Shown: positions 42,161 to 52,151 of the stretch, one piece after another
Layout: the number at the start of each line of letters is the position of its first letter
Numbering within the stretch: position 1 is the first letter of the stretch
Origin: Alphaproteobacteria bacterium
Lineage (GTDB): Bacteria; Pseudomonadota; Alphaproteobacteria; UBA828
Direction: 5' to 3'
Assembly (NCBI GenBank): GCA_965214705.1
Contig: CBDCCI010000002.1
Location: 1-64,000 of the forward strand
Length of the DNA stretch: 64,000 nucleotides
Translations under genes and position numbers: made by a program
Notes under the pieces: model-generated
What the model saw: the letters and a program-made list of their open reading frames with translations, nothing else
Database searches by the model: none
Told to the model about the DNA's origin: nothing

Positions 42161-43039
42161 TCAGTTGCGCAACGCTGCGAAGCCTGAGATCGGGTGGTCG
42201 AGGCCCTCGAACATCTTGCCGGTGACGCGGGCGTAGTGACGGGTCGTGTTCGCGCTTCGATGGCCGAGCATGTCCCGGATCACCTCGATATCGCCGCCGC
42301 GCTCGAGGAGATGGGTCGCCGCCGAATGGCGCAGGCAATGGAAGGTGTAGCTGCGGTCGAGCTCGGCAATGTCGCGCGCCCTCCTGAAGGCGGCCTGCAA
42401 GGTCTCCGTTGCGATGGGCCTGTCGAGCGAGACGCCGTAGAAGAGCCAGTTCGTCGGACGCGGCCAGATGTTCCTGTAGTAGACGCGCAAGTAGTGGATG
42501 ACGATGTCCGGCAACGGTGCCATTCTCTCGGTGCCGCCTTTGCCGGAGGGGATGTGCAGCAGCTTCTTCTCCGACAGGATGTCGCCGACCTTGATGGCCA
42601 AGGTCTCGGAGATGCGGAGCCCGCCGCCATAGCCGGTGACAATGGCAGCACGGTGGCGGAGGTCGGGTGTCGCAAGGATGAGGTGCTCGACCTCCTGCTC
42701 CGACATGTAGCGCGGCAGCTTGCCGGGCTTCTTGCGGGAGCGCAGGCCGGCGACATGGTCAGGCCAGCCGAGTGTGTCGATGTAGAGGAAGTTCAGCGCG
42801 GCGAAGGAGACGTTGGTCGTGCCCGGACTGAGCCCCTTGTCGATCCGCCCCAGGTACCACTGGCGCACCTGCTCGGCGTCGAGCTCGTCCGGCGAGGCGT
42901 CGTAGTACCTGGCCAGGTTCTTGATCTCGCAGATGTAGGCCTTGGACGTGCTCGCGGCCAGATTGGCGATGCGGAGCTGCTCCTCCATGCGCTGGCGAAG
43001 AGGGGTGACGGTGTTCGTGTCGCACGCGGTCCCGGTCAT
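42161..43039 (-). CDS. Tyrosine recombinase/integrase
   Basis: GLRISE, KGG, HCLRHSAATHLLE, LGH, TTRHY catalytic motifs. Confidence 0.93.
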   Translation of the reverse strand: MTGTACDTNTVTPLRQRMEEQLRIANLAASTSKAYICEIKNLARYYDASPDELDAEQVRQWYLGRIDKGLSPGTTNVSFAALNFLYIDTLGWPDHVAGLRSRKKPGKLPRYMSEQEVEHLILATPDLRHRAAIVTGYGGGLRISETLAIKVGDILSEKKLLHIPSGKGGTERMAPLPDIVIHYLRVYYRNIWPRPTNWLFYGVSLDRPIATETLQAAFRRARDIAELDRSYTFHCLRHSAATHLLERGGDIEVIRDMLGHRSANTTRHYARVTGKMFEGLDHPISGFAALRN

Positions 43040-43821
43040 TATCGATCTCCCTGGATCGCGACGGCGCGCCGCCGGACCGATCCGGCGACGGTCCGTCGCA
43101 GGGGTCGATGCTAACCACTGGTGATCGGGAGGCTGCTGGGGATCCGCCACCCGACGGGCGGAGCGCCACTGACGCAACCGGGAAGCGAACGCACAGAACA
43201 AACGGCACCCGCGACGCCTCGGAAATGAATGAACTCTACGCCGCTAACTCCGCGTAGCGGCTTCGTTCAATTGTTCTTGCCCTTGCCCCCAGTGGAGTAG
43301 AAGGTGTGATCCACCACTCTCGCCTGCAGTTCCTCGGCGGTCCACGCCCTTCCCTCTTCGGCCATCACCGGGTCTCCGGCGAGATCAAGGCCTGCCGTCA
43401 GTAAGGCTAGAAAACAAGCCAACGACAGGATTCTCGTTCCATGTCTCATTGCTATTCCTCCTTGACCACATTACAAAAATCTTTGCATAGCTTACGGATT
43501 ACAGAGGCATTCGTCTACGAGAGGAACGTGCGCTGTTGCATTTTTGGAGCGCGCGTTGCGGGGTGGATGCAACCGGGCTATCGTCCGCTCTCTCAATGGG
43601 GTCGAGCAGGATACGGGAGTTTTCGGCGGGATTCGAACGTCATATGAAAGTGAGCGGGGGTTAGCCGCGGCTTGTTCTCTGCCCGCAGGCGGCTTGGTTG
43701 AACTGCGATGTCGGAGGTCAGACAAACGGTCAGCCGGTGCCGAGGTCCGTCACGGCGGCGACCAAGGAGCGCATCTGTTCGACGTGGCCGGCCCGCCACA
43801 AGTGCCCGGATTCATAAGTTT

Positions 43822-44500
43822 CTATCCAACTTTGGCATGGACGCTGAGCGTGCGTTGGCAGAAGCGTTCGATGGACGCGAGAATGTCGTCGGCCGACTTG
43901 GTCCAGCGGAACGGTCGGGGATCGCGGTTATGGCTTTCGATGTAGCGCTCAATGGCGGCCTTGAGGTCGGCGGTGGAGCGATGTGCGCCGCGCTTGATCT
44001 GGCGCTCGGTAAGCAGCGCGAAGAAGCGCTCGACCTGATTGAGCCATGACGAGGATGTTGGTGTGAAGTGGCTGTGCCAGCGCGGCCGCTTGGCGAACCA
44101 GTCGCAGATCAGCTTGGTCTTGTGGCTGGATGCGTTGTCCATAACGACATGGATGTCGAGGTCGGCCGGCACGTTGCGCTCCACCTCGTCGAGGAAGGTG
44201 CGCAACTCGCGCGCCCGATGCCGCTTCATGCAGTTGCGGATGACCGCACCCGTCGCCACGTCCAGCGCCGCGAACAGTGTGATCGTGCCGTGGTGCGGTC
44301 GTGCCGTGGTGCTTGTAATCGTGGGTGCGCCGCTCCACTTGGCTAGGGCACATGGGCAGCATCGGCTGGCTGCGGTCGAGCGCCTGGATCTGGCTCTTCT
44401 CGTCGACGCACAGCACCAGCGCGCGGTCCGGAGGGTCGAGATAGAGGCCTATGATGTCGCGCACCTTGGCGACGAACAGCGGATCGCTCGACAGTTTGAA
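43822..44500 (-). pseudogene. IS630 transposase remnant
   Basis: KLSSDPLF, CVDEKSQIQALDR, VMDN, SWLNQVERFF across a frameshift; N-terminus missing. Confidence 0.85.
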
Positions 44501-45000
44501 GCCTCCGAGCGTCTCCGGGGCGATGCTCTCCCAGCGCTCATACATGCTCTGGGTCAGCCGCTGTAGCGTGCTCACCGACGGCACCATTCCGCCTATCTTA
44601 GCGAAGAACTCCTCGGCTTCGCGCGGCGTACAGTGGCCCATCATCATCAGCCCGAGCTGTTCCGCCGGCCGCGTAGGGTAGTCTTCAATGAGGCCCAGGC
44701 TCTCGTCCGTCGGCACCAGCGACGTGCTACTCGCGCCGCTGCGGTAGCGTGCATGCCGATAGGTCACAGGACCGAGCGTCGTCAGGATCGTCTTCGGCGT
44801 CGCAGCCACTCGAAACCAGCTCTGTCCGTCGTGCTCGATCCGGCTCGCACCGTCGTCGCGGCTCTCGGCGTACGCCCCAAGAAGCTTGCAACCCAGACCG
44901 TTCATGGCGTCGCGCAGCCCCGTCTCAACTGTCTCGAACGCCTCCGCAGACGGGTTCGAGACAGCCTGTTCTCGACAGAACTCCACCACTTGGGCGCCCG
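44501..45000 (-). pseudogene. ISKra4-like transposase remnant
   Basis: Diverged copy of the N-terminal part of 54501..55886. Confidence 0.8.
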
Positions 45001-45201
45001 CGTGCAAAATCTGGCCGCATTTGACCGCAGTCTGGCGACATCTGACCGCGATTCCGGCGGGACTTGACCGCCGGAGGCCGGGTCTGAGGCCCGGCCCGAT
45101 CGCCCTGCGGGTGCCACCGACATCCATGTTTCCAGACGCGCCGATCCTCTCCCGGCTCAGCCTCATCGATCCACTGATCGACTCGAGGAGGCAGGGCCCC
45201 A

Positions 45202-46250
45202 ATGAAGAGGATCGACACCATGAGCATCAGGGACATCCTTCGGCACCATCACGACCTGGGCTTGCCCCGGGCGGAGACCGCGGTGGCCGTGAACGTGAGC
45301 GCGGGGACGGTATCGAACGTCCTGCAGCGCGCGCAGGCGGTGGGCCTGTCATGGCCTTTGCCGTCCGATCTCGACGATGAAGGGCTGTGCGCGGGCCTGT
45401 ATCCGCCGGCGCGGCGACGGCGATTATCTGGAGACGCTTTTCACTCGCACCCGCGCGATCCGGCGCGCCGTCATCGAGGCCAAGCAGGTTTAGCCTTTTC
45501 GTCGCTCACGGCAGCCGGCCTGCGGCCGGCGCCTGCGCGAGCGCGCCGCAGGAGCGGCGGGCCGCGGTCGCGACCTGTCGCGAGCCCCGCATGGGGCGTG
45601 CTCGCTCAAGCCCCGCGCCAACAGCCAGTTTTGCGCGCGCCTGAAGGCGCACCAGGGCAGCTGCGCCGGCTCGGCGCAGATGCACTTCGACTACGAGCCC
45701 GGGCTGTACGGGATGGCGGACTTCTCCGGCAAGACGCTGGCCCTGCGCACCGGGCGCGGCGAGACCGACGTGGAGATCTTCGTCGCGGTCCTGGCCCATT
45801 CGAACCTGATCTACGCCGGGGCGGTCCCCGACCAGACGGTGCGCCACTGGACCATGGCGCACCGGCGCGCGCTCGAGTACTTCGGCGGCACCCCCCGCCG
45901 GTGGATCATCGACAACCTCAAGTCGGGCGTGGACGATCCCGACCGCGATGATATCAGGCTCAACCCCTCCTACCGGGAGTTCGCGCGCGACTACAAGATC
46001 GCGGTGCTGCCCGCGCGCCGGTACCGGGCCACCGACAAGGGGCTGGTCGAGAGCTGCGTCAAGGCCGTCCAGACCCGTATCCTGCTGGCGCTGCGCCACC
46101 ACACCTTCTTCTCCCTCGAGACCATGAACGCGGCCATCCGCCGCGAGCTCGACCGCCTCAACGATGCCCCATGGCCAAGTGCGGCGAGAGCCGCCGCGCG
46201 CTCTTCGAGGCGAACGAGCGGGTGGCCCTGACCGCCCTGCCTGTCAACGG
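45202..46250 (+). pseudogene. IS21 IstA transposase remnant
   Basis: IRDILR...LSWPLP, DFSGK, DNLKSGV, DKGLVE in broken frames. Confidence 0.8.
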
Positions 46251-46422
46251 CGGCGGGATTATGCGCCAGAGCGGCAGAGTAAAATTGTACCACGGTCTCG
46301 GCGGTAGCTTGTCCCCGTAGTCCACGGGAGGGCCCCGCGCGCGGGGCGACGCGCCCTCCGCGTGGACCATTATTCCGCCGCCGTTAACACTTCAGGCGGG
46401 TGACGGTCGCGACCATGGTTGC

Positions 46423-47370
46423 CTACTGCTCCGCCTTGGGGTCGAACTGCCCTTCGGACGGCACCTTGGTCAGAGTTCCCGGATAGAAGGGGACCGTCAC
46501 ATCCAGCGCGGGGTCGATATCCAGCCCGCACCGAATGGTTCTCTCGTCCAGACGGGCCTTCGACGCGCAGATTGCGAGCGACGGCGCGTAGTGCTCGGCG
46601 ACGAATTCGTTCCAAGCGTGCCGGGGGTCGCCGAAGGAGACCAAGTCAGTCTCGCGTTGCAGCACCGTGCCCAGCGCGAAGAAGACGAACGACGCGGCCG
46701 CCACGGCGAGACCGAACACCCAGTACCGCCACTGCAGTCTCTCGGCGATGCGGGACAAGTCGTTGCGGAGGGAGCACAGCTGGTCGCCGAGGGCCGTCGC
46801 CGACTGGTTCATGTCCTCGAGGCTGTGGGCGGCCACCGCTGACTGCCGATCCGTAGCGTGGATACGCTGGTCGAGGGCCTCGCCCTGCGTCTTCAGCGCG
46901 GCGGCGACCCCGGCCAGGGCACGCGCTGCCTCCGCCACCCCGTCCCGGTGCGAGGCTAATTCTGCCGCCTCGGCGAGCGTACTGCGCGCGTCGGCGACCG
47001 CCAGCGTCAGTGAGACCGTCTCGCGGGCAAGCGCCTCGGCCGTGTCCTGGCCCGGTCCCGGCTCGTCCTGGAGCACGTCCATGCGTGCGGCGGTGGCCCG
47101 CACCGTCGCGAGGATATCCGCGATGGCCGCGTCGTGCGCGCCGGGCTGCGGGGATGGCGCCGCCGGAGGCGCCCTTTTTGCCCCGGCAGCGGGCCTGCCT
47201 GCCGCCCCTTCCGGCCGGCCGACCAACAAGGTCGCGGCCCGCGAAATCGTCGTCTCCAGACTTCGGACCGCCGCGCCTCTCCTACTTCGGCGCCATGGTC
47301 GCCTCCCGACAACACGAATGGTTCGTCGTTTGTACCAAAGAGGAGGACCGACAGGCGGCACTTTCTTCAT
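46423..47370 (-). CDS. Hypothetical coiled-coil membrane protein
   Basis: Ala-rich coiled coil then one TM segment; start uncertain. Confidence 0.5.
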   Translation of the reverse strand: MKKVPPVGPPLWYKRRTIRVVGRRPWRRSRRGAAVRSLETTISRAATLLVGRPEGAAGRPAAGAKRAPPAAPSPQPGAHDAAIADILATVRATAARMDVLQDEPGPGQDTAEALARETVSLTLAVADARSTLAEAAELASHRDGVAEAARALAGVAAALKTQGEALDQRIHATDRQSAVAAHSLEDMNQSATALGDQLCSLRNDLSRIAERLQWRYWVFGLAVAAASFVFFALGTVLQRETDLVSFGDPRHAWNEFVAEHYAPSLAICASKARLDERTIRCGLDIDPALDVTVPFYPGTLTKVPSEGQFDPKAEQ

Positions 47371-47518
47371 GAAGATGGCGTCGTCCTCGTACTCGGCGAT
47401 CTCAGGGGCTGTGTGGAGGAATCCCGGCAGATGGCGCGCGGTTCCGAGGCCCCGACCTCCCCTTAAGCCCGGCTCTTCACTCCCCTGCGGTCGGAGTGCT
47501 CGGACGGCGCCGCGCGGT

Positions 47519-48091
47519 CTACAGGTAGAACGCGCGACCCTGGACGATGTCGGACTCCCCGCTGTCGAGGTGGTGGGGTCCGCTCACGCGAAACCAATAC
47601 TCTATGGGGCCCCCGAAGTGGACTTGGTAGCAGTTGGTCTGGTGAAGCGTGTCCCAGACTCCCGAATAGCGCGGGCCGTCCCATGCGTCGTGCCCTCTGC
47701 GCCTGCGCAGCTCATCGACGGTGACACAGCGCGTGCCGTCCTCGTTGACTGACCACGTGCCGTCCGAGCGGTAATCTCCCTGAAGGGTCGTGAGCTGGAC
47801 CTTGATTGTTCCGTCGGGGAGGTAATGGGTCACGAACGTGCCGCCCCCTCCCGACATGGAGGTGGTATTGCCAGTCAGCGTAGCCACGACCTCCTCGGCC
47901 GTTGCTTGGCGGATGCCGCGCTCCTCCAGCGATTCCCGCAACTGCTGGGTCACGCGCTTTTCCATCTCGACTAGGTTCTCTTGCACGATCCGGGCCTCTT
48001 CCGGGGTTAGCGGCTCACCTCGCGGCATGCACGAGGCTAGCAGTCCAGCCACGGCCACCGCGATGCATGCGGCTCCGAGCATTCGTCTCAT
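47519..48091 (-). CDS. Lipoprotein of unknown function
   Basis: Lipobox LLASC; AAAGGAG RBS. Confidence 0.8.
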   Translation of the reverse strand: MRRMLGAACIAVAVAGLLASCMPRGEPLTPEEARIVQENLVEMEKRVTQQLRESLEERGIRQATAEEVVATLTGNTTSMSGGGGTFVTHYLPDGTIKVQLTTLQGDYRSDGTWSVNEDGTRCVTVDELRRRRGHDAWDGPRYSGVWDTLHQTNCYQVHFGGPIEYWFRVSGPHHLDSGESDIVQGRAFYL

Positions 48092-48351
48092 GTGTTGCTC
48101 CTTTCTCCGTTGCAGATCGATGGCCCGCGAATGCCTTCCCGCGAACTGGCTTTCCGCACCAGCGGCATCCGCCGCCCGAGCCGCCGCACCAAAAGCCGGG
48201 CAAAGGGTGCCACATCGAGAATGGAATGGTCAGCCCCGACTTCAGCTCAACCCGCTCGACGAGCGGGCAATAAATTCGCCCTGCGCGCGGTTTGACCGAT
48301 ACAGGGGGCGATGTCAGTATCGGACATGATCGGACATGGCGAGATTCCACG

Positions 48352-48594
48352 ATGCCGAATGTTCACTTGACCGACCAGATGCACCGCTACGCCCAAGGGC
48401 AGATCGACGCTGGCGCCTACGCCAACCTGAGCGAGGTCGTGCGCGCCGGGCTGCGGCTGCTCATGGAACGCGACGGCGCACGGCAGTTTTACGCGCTGAA
48501 GGGAGAGCTGGAAGCGGCCGTGCGGGAAGCGGAAGCCGGCGAGTTCGAGGAATTCGATCCCGTGGTCTACGAATCGGACGTGGGATCGAGATAG
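48352..48594 (+). CDS. parD: ParD-family antitoxin
   Basis: G.YANLSEVVRAGLRLL; tandem ATCGGACATG x2 upstream. Confidence 0.88.
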   Translation: MPNVHLTDQMHRYAQGQIDAGAYANLSEVVRAGLRLLMERDGARQFYALKGELEAAVREAEAGEFEEFDPVVYESDVGSR

Positions 48595-48604
48595 CCGCCG
48601 CGCC

Positions 48605-48922
48605 ATGACGATTCGTCTGTCGCGCCGGGCGCGCCGCGATCTGGACGAGATTCGGCGCTATACGATCAAGAGCTGGGGTCGCGAACAATGGCTTACCTAC
48701 TACGGTGGGCTGGTGCACACCTTCGAACGGATCGCTGCCGACCCCGACGGCGGGCGCGACCGGAGTCTGTTCGCGCCCGGACTGCGTTCCCTGACCTACC
48801 GGCGGCACCTGATATTCTTCGCCCGGATTGCCGCCGCCGACGATGCGCCGGTGGTCCTTCGTATCGTACATCAGCGCCGCAACCTGCCCGCGCTCGCCTA
48901 TTTCGAGGATATCGGCGGCTGA
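48605..48922 (+). CDS. parE: ParE/RelE-family toxin
   Basis: LSRRARRDLDEI..YT..WG...HLIFF...VLRIVH. Confidence 0.88.
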   Translation: MTIRLSRRARRDLDEIRRYTIKSWGREQWLTYYGGLVHTFERIAADPDGGRDRSLFAPGLRSLTYRRHLIFFARIAAADDAPVVLRIVHQRRNLPALAYFEDIGG

Positions 48923-48929
48923 GTTCGCG

Positions 48930-49720
48930 TCCCGATCCGTCACTCCGTGGCCTCGTCGAGGTTCTCCGCCTTTCGATAGGGGCACGTCGTTGACGATGCT
49001 GTCGAGCAGCTACTTGCGCTTGGCGCGGAGTAATTCCTCGCAGCGGAGCGTGGTCAGCAGGTAGGCACCGCGGTTGATGTCCTTGATCAGCGCGAGGTGA
49101 CCGGGAGTGAGCGCAGCCTCTGCGGGCCGGGTGGAGACGCTCCTTGGCCGCGGCGAGCGTCACGGAGCGGACGAGTTGGTGAGCGGACGCGCAATTGCGC
49201 CCTGGTGCAACCGTGACGCACGAGCCCGGCATGCGCGAGACTGCAGACGCGGCCAGGCCTGGTCTCGGGGTCGCAGCAGCAGTTCCGACGCTGAAGACTT
49301 CCGTTTGGCGGCGATGCTCTGCGGCGCGATCATGACCACGACGAGGAGCCTGATCGGCGTATCCACCGCTGACTCCGTCGCCATGTTCATTTCCTGCTCA
49401 TCGATGGCCGCGCATGCTCTCGGCTTGCGCGAGCCTGCCTTGTTTGATCGTGGCGTCTATTTCGTCGCCCCTTCCGTCGCGGAGCATTTCGTCACGCTTG
49501 ACGGTCGAGATAAAGTAGGCGGGCTCGATCAGCATGGCGAGCCCTGCGGGGACCGCGCCAGCCGCACCGGCATGGAGGTTCAGGGCCCCGTGGCGGACGT
49601 ACTCGCCGGGCATCATGTCCTGCTCCTCGACCTGCGTCTGGATCACCTCCCATTCGGCGTCGGAGAATCTGATGGCGTGGGACTTTCTTCGGCGTGCACT
49701 CTCCCCAAACCGTGATGCCG
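48930..49720 (-). pseudogene. Two degenerate RHH genes paralogous to 8059..8400
   Basis: HAIRFSDAEW...EYVRHGAL and LTPGHLALIKDINRGAYLLTTLR with an internal stop. Confidence 0.6.
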
Positions 49721-50072
49721 AAAACGGAGTCCTCCGTGAACGGTTTGGGGGCCTGTGACGGAAATACCGGTGACGATTCTGACTTGATAGTGCGCTCCTG
49801 AACGCAATATGCGGTAGTTGACCCTGTCCCCATCGCGGGTGCAGAACGCAATGCAGGTGCAGGACAAGGACTATGGCTATCGGAGCTCCATGCCCCAAGC
49901 TCTATCGAACGTGATGCACAAGCCGTTGCTTCGTAAGGGACAATTATTATGTAGCCCGAAGCGACGCAAAACGCGACGCACTCATTCCGGCGCCTCTCTG
50001 CTACGCTCTTCTACGAGATGTCGTAGCAGACTGTATCCTCCACGTGCCTGAGCGTAGGGTTGTCGTAGGCCT

Positions 50073-50099
50073 GCAGCGGGCTGCGTCAGGTGTGAGATA
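50073..50099 (+). other. Putative MOBF oriT nic site, copy 2
   Basis: GCAGC-GG-GCTGC-GTCAGGTGT^GAGATA; same position relative to the RHH and leading genes as copy 1. Confidence 0.6.
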
Positions 50100-50260
50100 A
50101 CAAGCGCGCAAGCGTCGAGCGGGACACAAGTTCGACATAAGAAGGTTCAGGCCCCAACCCGATGAGGTGCCGCGGGAATAAGGCGCAGGAAAACGGCCTG
50201 GCGGCTCGTTGTTCAGGGTACACGGCGGTGGCCGGTGCAACCGGAACGGGCACCGGAAGT

Positions 50261-50940
50261 GTCACGCGATCAGGGGCGGCGCAGCAAGCGCATCGTCATG
50301 ATCGTCGTGCGTGTCGGGCGGGGTGACGGTGGGCCATGCAGGCACGGCTGCGCCGTTGTCGGGCAAGGCGTCGTGGCGTTCGTCGCCATCGGCGACGGCG
50401 CTGACGCCGAGCGTGCACATGACGCGTGCAGCTCATCTCGCGCAGGCGAGTTGCTGCACGGCGGCGGCGTTCGCACTCGCCGATGCGCCGTCGCCATCAT
50501 CATGGTCATCATTGTCTTCGGCAGCGGGAGCGGTCGATGCGCGCGCAGGTGCGATGCTCGGCGAGCACGGCGTGCGGCTCCATCGCGGGCAGACGGTCGT
50601 GCGAGCACGGCGGTCGGGGCGACGGTCGATTGGAAGGCAACAGGGAGGATGTGCAGAGGCTCGCGATCACGATCGGCGCAGCGTGTCGATCGCCATGATC
50701 GTCACCGGTGTCGGGCTTGGTGACGCCGGGCCGTTCAGGCGCGGCGACACCGATGTCCGGCGAGGTGTCGTGGCGCTCGTCGCCATCGGCGACGGCACGG
50801 AGGCCGAGCGCTCGCATGGTGGACGTCCAGATCATCCGGGGGAGGTGCCGCACGCGGCGGCGTTCGCACTCATCGATGCGCCGTCGCCATGGACATCATC
50901 ACCGGCATAAGTGGGAGCGCGCGCGGTCGATGCGCTGGCC
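50261..50940. repeat. Degenerate direct repeat, two units with about 400-bp period
   Basis: Shared blocks such as GTCGTGGCG.TCGTCGCCATCGGCGACGGC and GCGGCGGCGTTCGCACTC..CGATGCGCCGTCGCCAT. Confidence 0.7.
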
Positions 50941-51227
50941 GATGCAGCGCTCGGCGGGGGCGGGCGGCTCGGCCGCAGGTAGAGCTTCGCGGACCAAACC
51001 GCAGTCGCATCGGCTGCTGCGAGGCGAGCGTCCGTCGACGGTGCGCAGCACCGAGGCAGACGCGATGCCAAAGCCGCGGCGGGAACGACACACTCGCCGG
51101 TTCGAGCGCGAGCGGCGCCTGCGCGAAGCGCGGCGGCGAGGGACATCGCTCGTGACGCCCGTCGTGAAACACGAAGAAAGCGGCCGATGCCTTGAGGCAC
51201 CGGCCGCTTGGTCGAGGCGCGCGCTGC

Positions 51228-52151
51228 TTACGCGGCCTTTATCTGCATAACCGGTATGCCGAGCTGCCGAGCTTTGTCGACGAGGTTGCCGGTGATGCCG
51301 CTGCCGGGGAAGGCGATGACGCCCTTGGGCAGGAAGTTCAGCAGCTCGTCGTTGCGGCGGAAGGGCGCGGCCTTGCCGTGCGCATTCCAGTCCGGGCGGC
51401 AGATGACCTGGTTGACGCCTCTCGCTTCTGCCCAGCTCGCGGCGATCTTCTCGACGCCGGGACCGCCACCATGTAGCAGCACCATGTCGCCGTACTTTGC
51501 GCGCGCCATGTCGAGCGTGCTCCAGACCGCGTCGGCATCGGCGACGGTCTTGCCGCCGGTGATCGCGACCAGGGTGCCCTCGGGCAGGTGCGCCCTCGTC
51601 TCGCGGTCCTTGCGAGCTCTGCGGAAGTCGCGCGCGTCGATGGCGGCGGAGGTGAGCTGTCCGGTCTGGCTCGTGTGCGAGCCGTGCCTCGGGCGCCATG
51701 TGTCGCCGGTCTCGACGCGGTAGGCGTCGGCGGCGAGGTCGCGGAGCTTCTCGAAGGCGTCGCGCCTGTCGCCGAGGTTCTGCGCCCTGTCAGTCATGGT
51801 CTGCAGCTCCCATGCCTTCACCTCCGATCCGTCCTGCGCCTTCTCGAGGTCGCGCATCTCGGGCGTGATGCGGTCGACGGCGCGGTCGAGGCGTGTGACC
51901 TGGCTGTGCAGCATGTTGGTCAGGCCCCACATCAGGGGCTCGCGCTCGTCGGCCATCTGCGTGCCGTCTACGGTGATGCCGTCGACGATGACGCGGATGG
52001 CTTCGTTCAGCGCATCGATGGCGTCGTCTTCGTCCCAGACGACGCGGCTGTCGAGCTCGCCGCGCTCGGGCGCTGCGCCGTAGAGGGCCATGCCCTCGCA
52101 GACCGTGGCAGTGGAAGAAGCTGATGCGGTAGCGCTGGTCGTGTCGATCAT
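51228..52151 (-). CDS. DUF2493 (SLOG/YspA-like) domain protein, copy 2
   Basis: Near-identical paralogue of 5869..6786. Confidence 0.85.
   Translation of the reverse strand: MIDTTSATASASSTATVCEGMALYGAAPERGELDSRVVWDEDDAIDALNEAIRVIVDGITVDGTQMADEREPLMWGLTNMLHSQVTRLDRAVDRITPEMRDLEKAQDGSEVKAWELQTMTDRAQNLGDRRDAFEKLRDLAADAYRVETGDTWRPRHGSHTSQTGQLTSAAIDARDFRRARKDRETRAHLPEGTLVAITGGKTVADADAVWSTLDMARAKYGDMVLLHGGGPGVEKIAASWAEARGVNQVICRPDWNAHGKAAPFRRNDELLNFLPKGVIAFPGSGITGNLVDKARQLGIPVMQIKAA

Larger units (their letters stand above)
40603..43269 (-). mobile_element. Tyrosine-recombinase + IS91-like (HUH) transposase element
   Basis: Boundaries fixed by the split host gene (CA repeated at both ends); inverted TTGAACGAAGCCGC at 40650-63 and 43257-70; terminal hairpin at about 40608-40649. 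Confidence 0.8.
40336..43449 (-). pseudogene. Secreted small beta-protein gene split by an integrase/IS91-like element (43449..43270 + 40602..40336)
   Basis: Joining the parts gives a 148-aa ORF with signal peptide: ...GKGKNN|WHVLYYLNPDG... Confidence 0.75.

Noticed and set aside
43949-45202. 417-aa novel hybrid transposase
   Set aside because: Chance in-frame junction of ISKra4-like and IS630 remnants, without a complete catalytic set.
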